Shown piece after piece: positions 63,901 through 64,000 of a stretch of 64,000 bases of DNA (its first letter is position 1; every line of letters starts with the position of its first letter). The position numbers were made by a program, and so were the translations under genes. The stretch lies in the NCBI GenBank assembly GCA_030704615.1, contig CM060734.1:8866001-8930000 (forward strand), in the 5' to 3' direction. The stretch is from Takakia lepidozioides (lineage: Eukaryota; Plantae; Bryophyta). The notes beneath the pieces were generated by a model. It did no database searches, had not been told where the DNA came from, and saw only the letters and a list, made by a program, of their open reading frames with translations.

Positions 63901-63943
63901 GCACATACGACCCTCCCAGCGAAAATCCAGCAGACCTCCCCAT
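60914..63943 (-). CDS. NOT2: CCR4-NOT subunit NOT2 (VIP2-like), 3' six exons: 63943-63749, 63193-62753, 62267-62215, 61849-61808, 61542-61398, 60976-60914
   Basis: GT-AG-bounded exons splice in frame to MGRSAGFSLGG...DRFGLLGLLSVIRMSDPDLTTLALGTDLTTLGLNLNS..FASPW..PGYFTKFQQDTLFYIFYSMPNDEAQLYAADELCNRGWFYHK..YERGSFYFFD..ENFVLHYEMLEKRPQLPSQH* (NOT box). The 5' exons lie beyond the window. Confidence 0.95.
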
Positions 63944-64000
63944 CTGCACTGAGTAGCTGACTGACTATACTTAAACAAAGCACTAGAAGAAGCAACGATT

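Overview
This is eukaryotic plant DNA, probably from a non-seed land plant (inferred from the transposon lineages and the NOT2 gene). It is a ~59 kb nested transposon pile followed by the 3' six exons of a CCR4-NOT subunit NOT2 gene (minus strand, 60914-63943, continuing past the window). The pile holds four independent copies of one Galadriel-like chromovirus LTR retrotransposon, three non-chromovirus (Athila/Tat-like) Gypsy remnants, two hAT MITEs, three copies of a tRNA-derived SINE, a MULE transposase remnant and a SWIM-finger gene. The standout is two copies of a Ty3/Gypsy element whose polyprotein reads gag(2 zinc knuckles)-protease-C5 cytosine DNA methyltransferase (DNMT3-like, motifs I-X)-RT-RNaseH-integrase-PHD finger. 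This element carries its own methylation writer and a probable histone reader. DNMT-bearing retrotransposons are known from charophyte algae and dinoflagellates; I do not know of them being described in land plants, but I cannot check. Many 1-bp frameshifts in 37-55 kb may be long-read consensus errors rather than biology.
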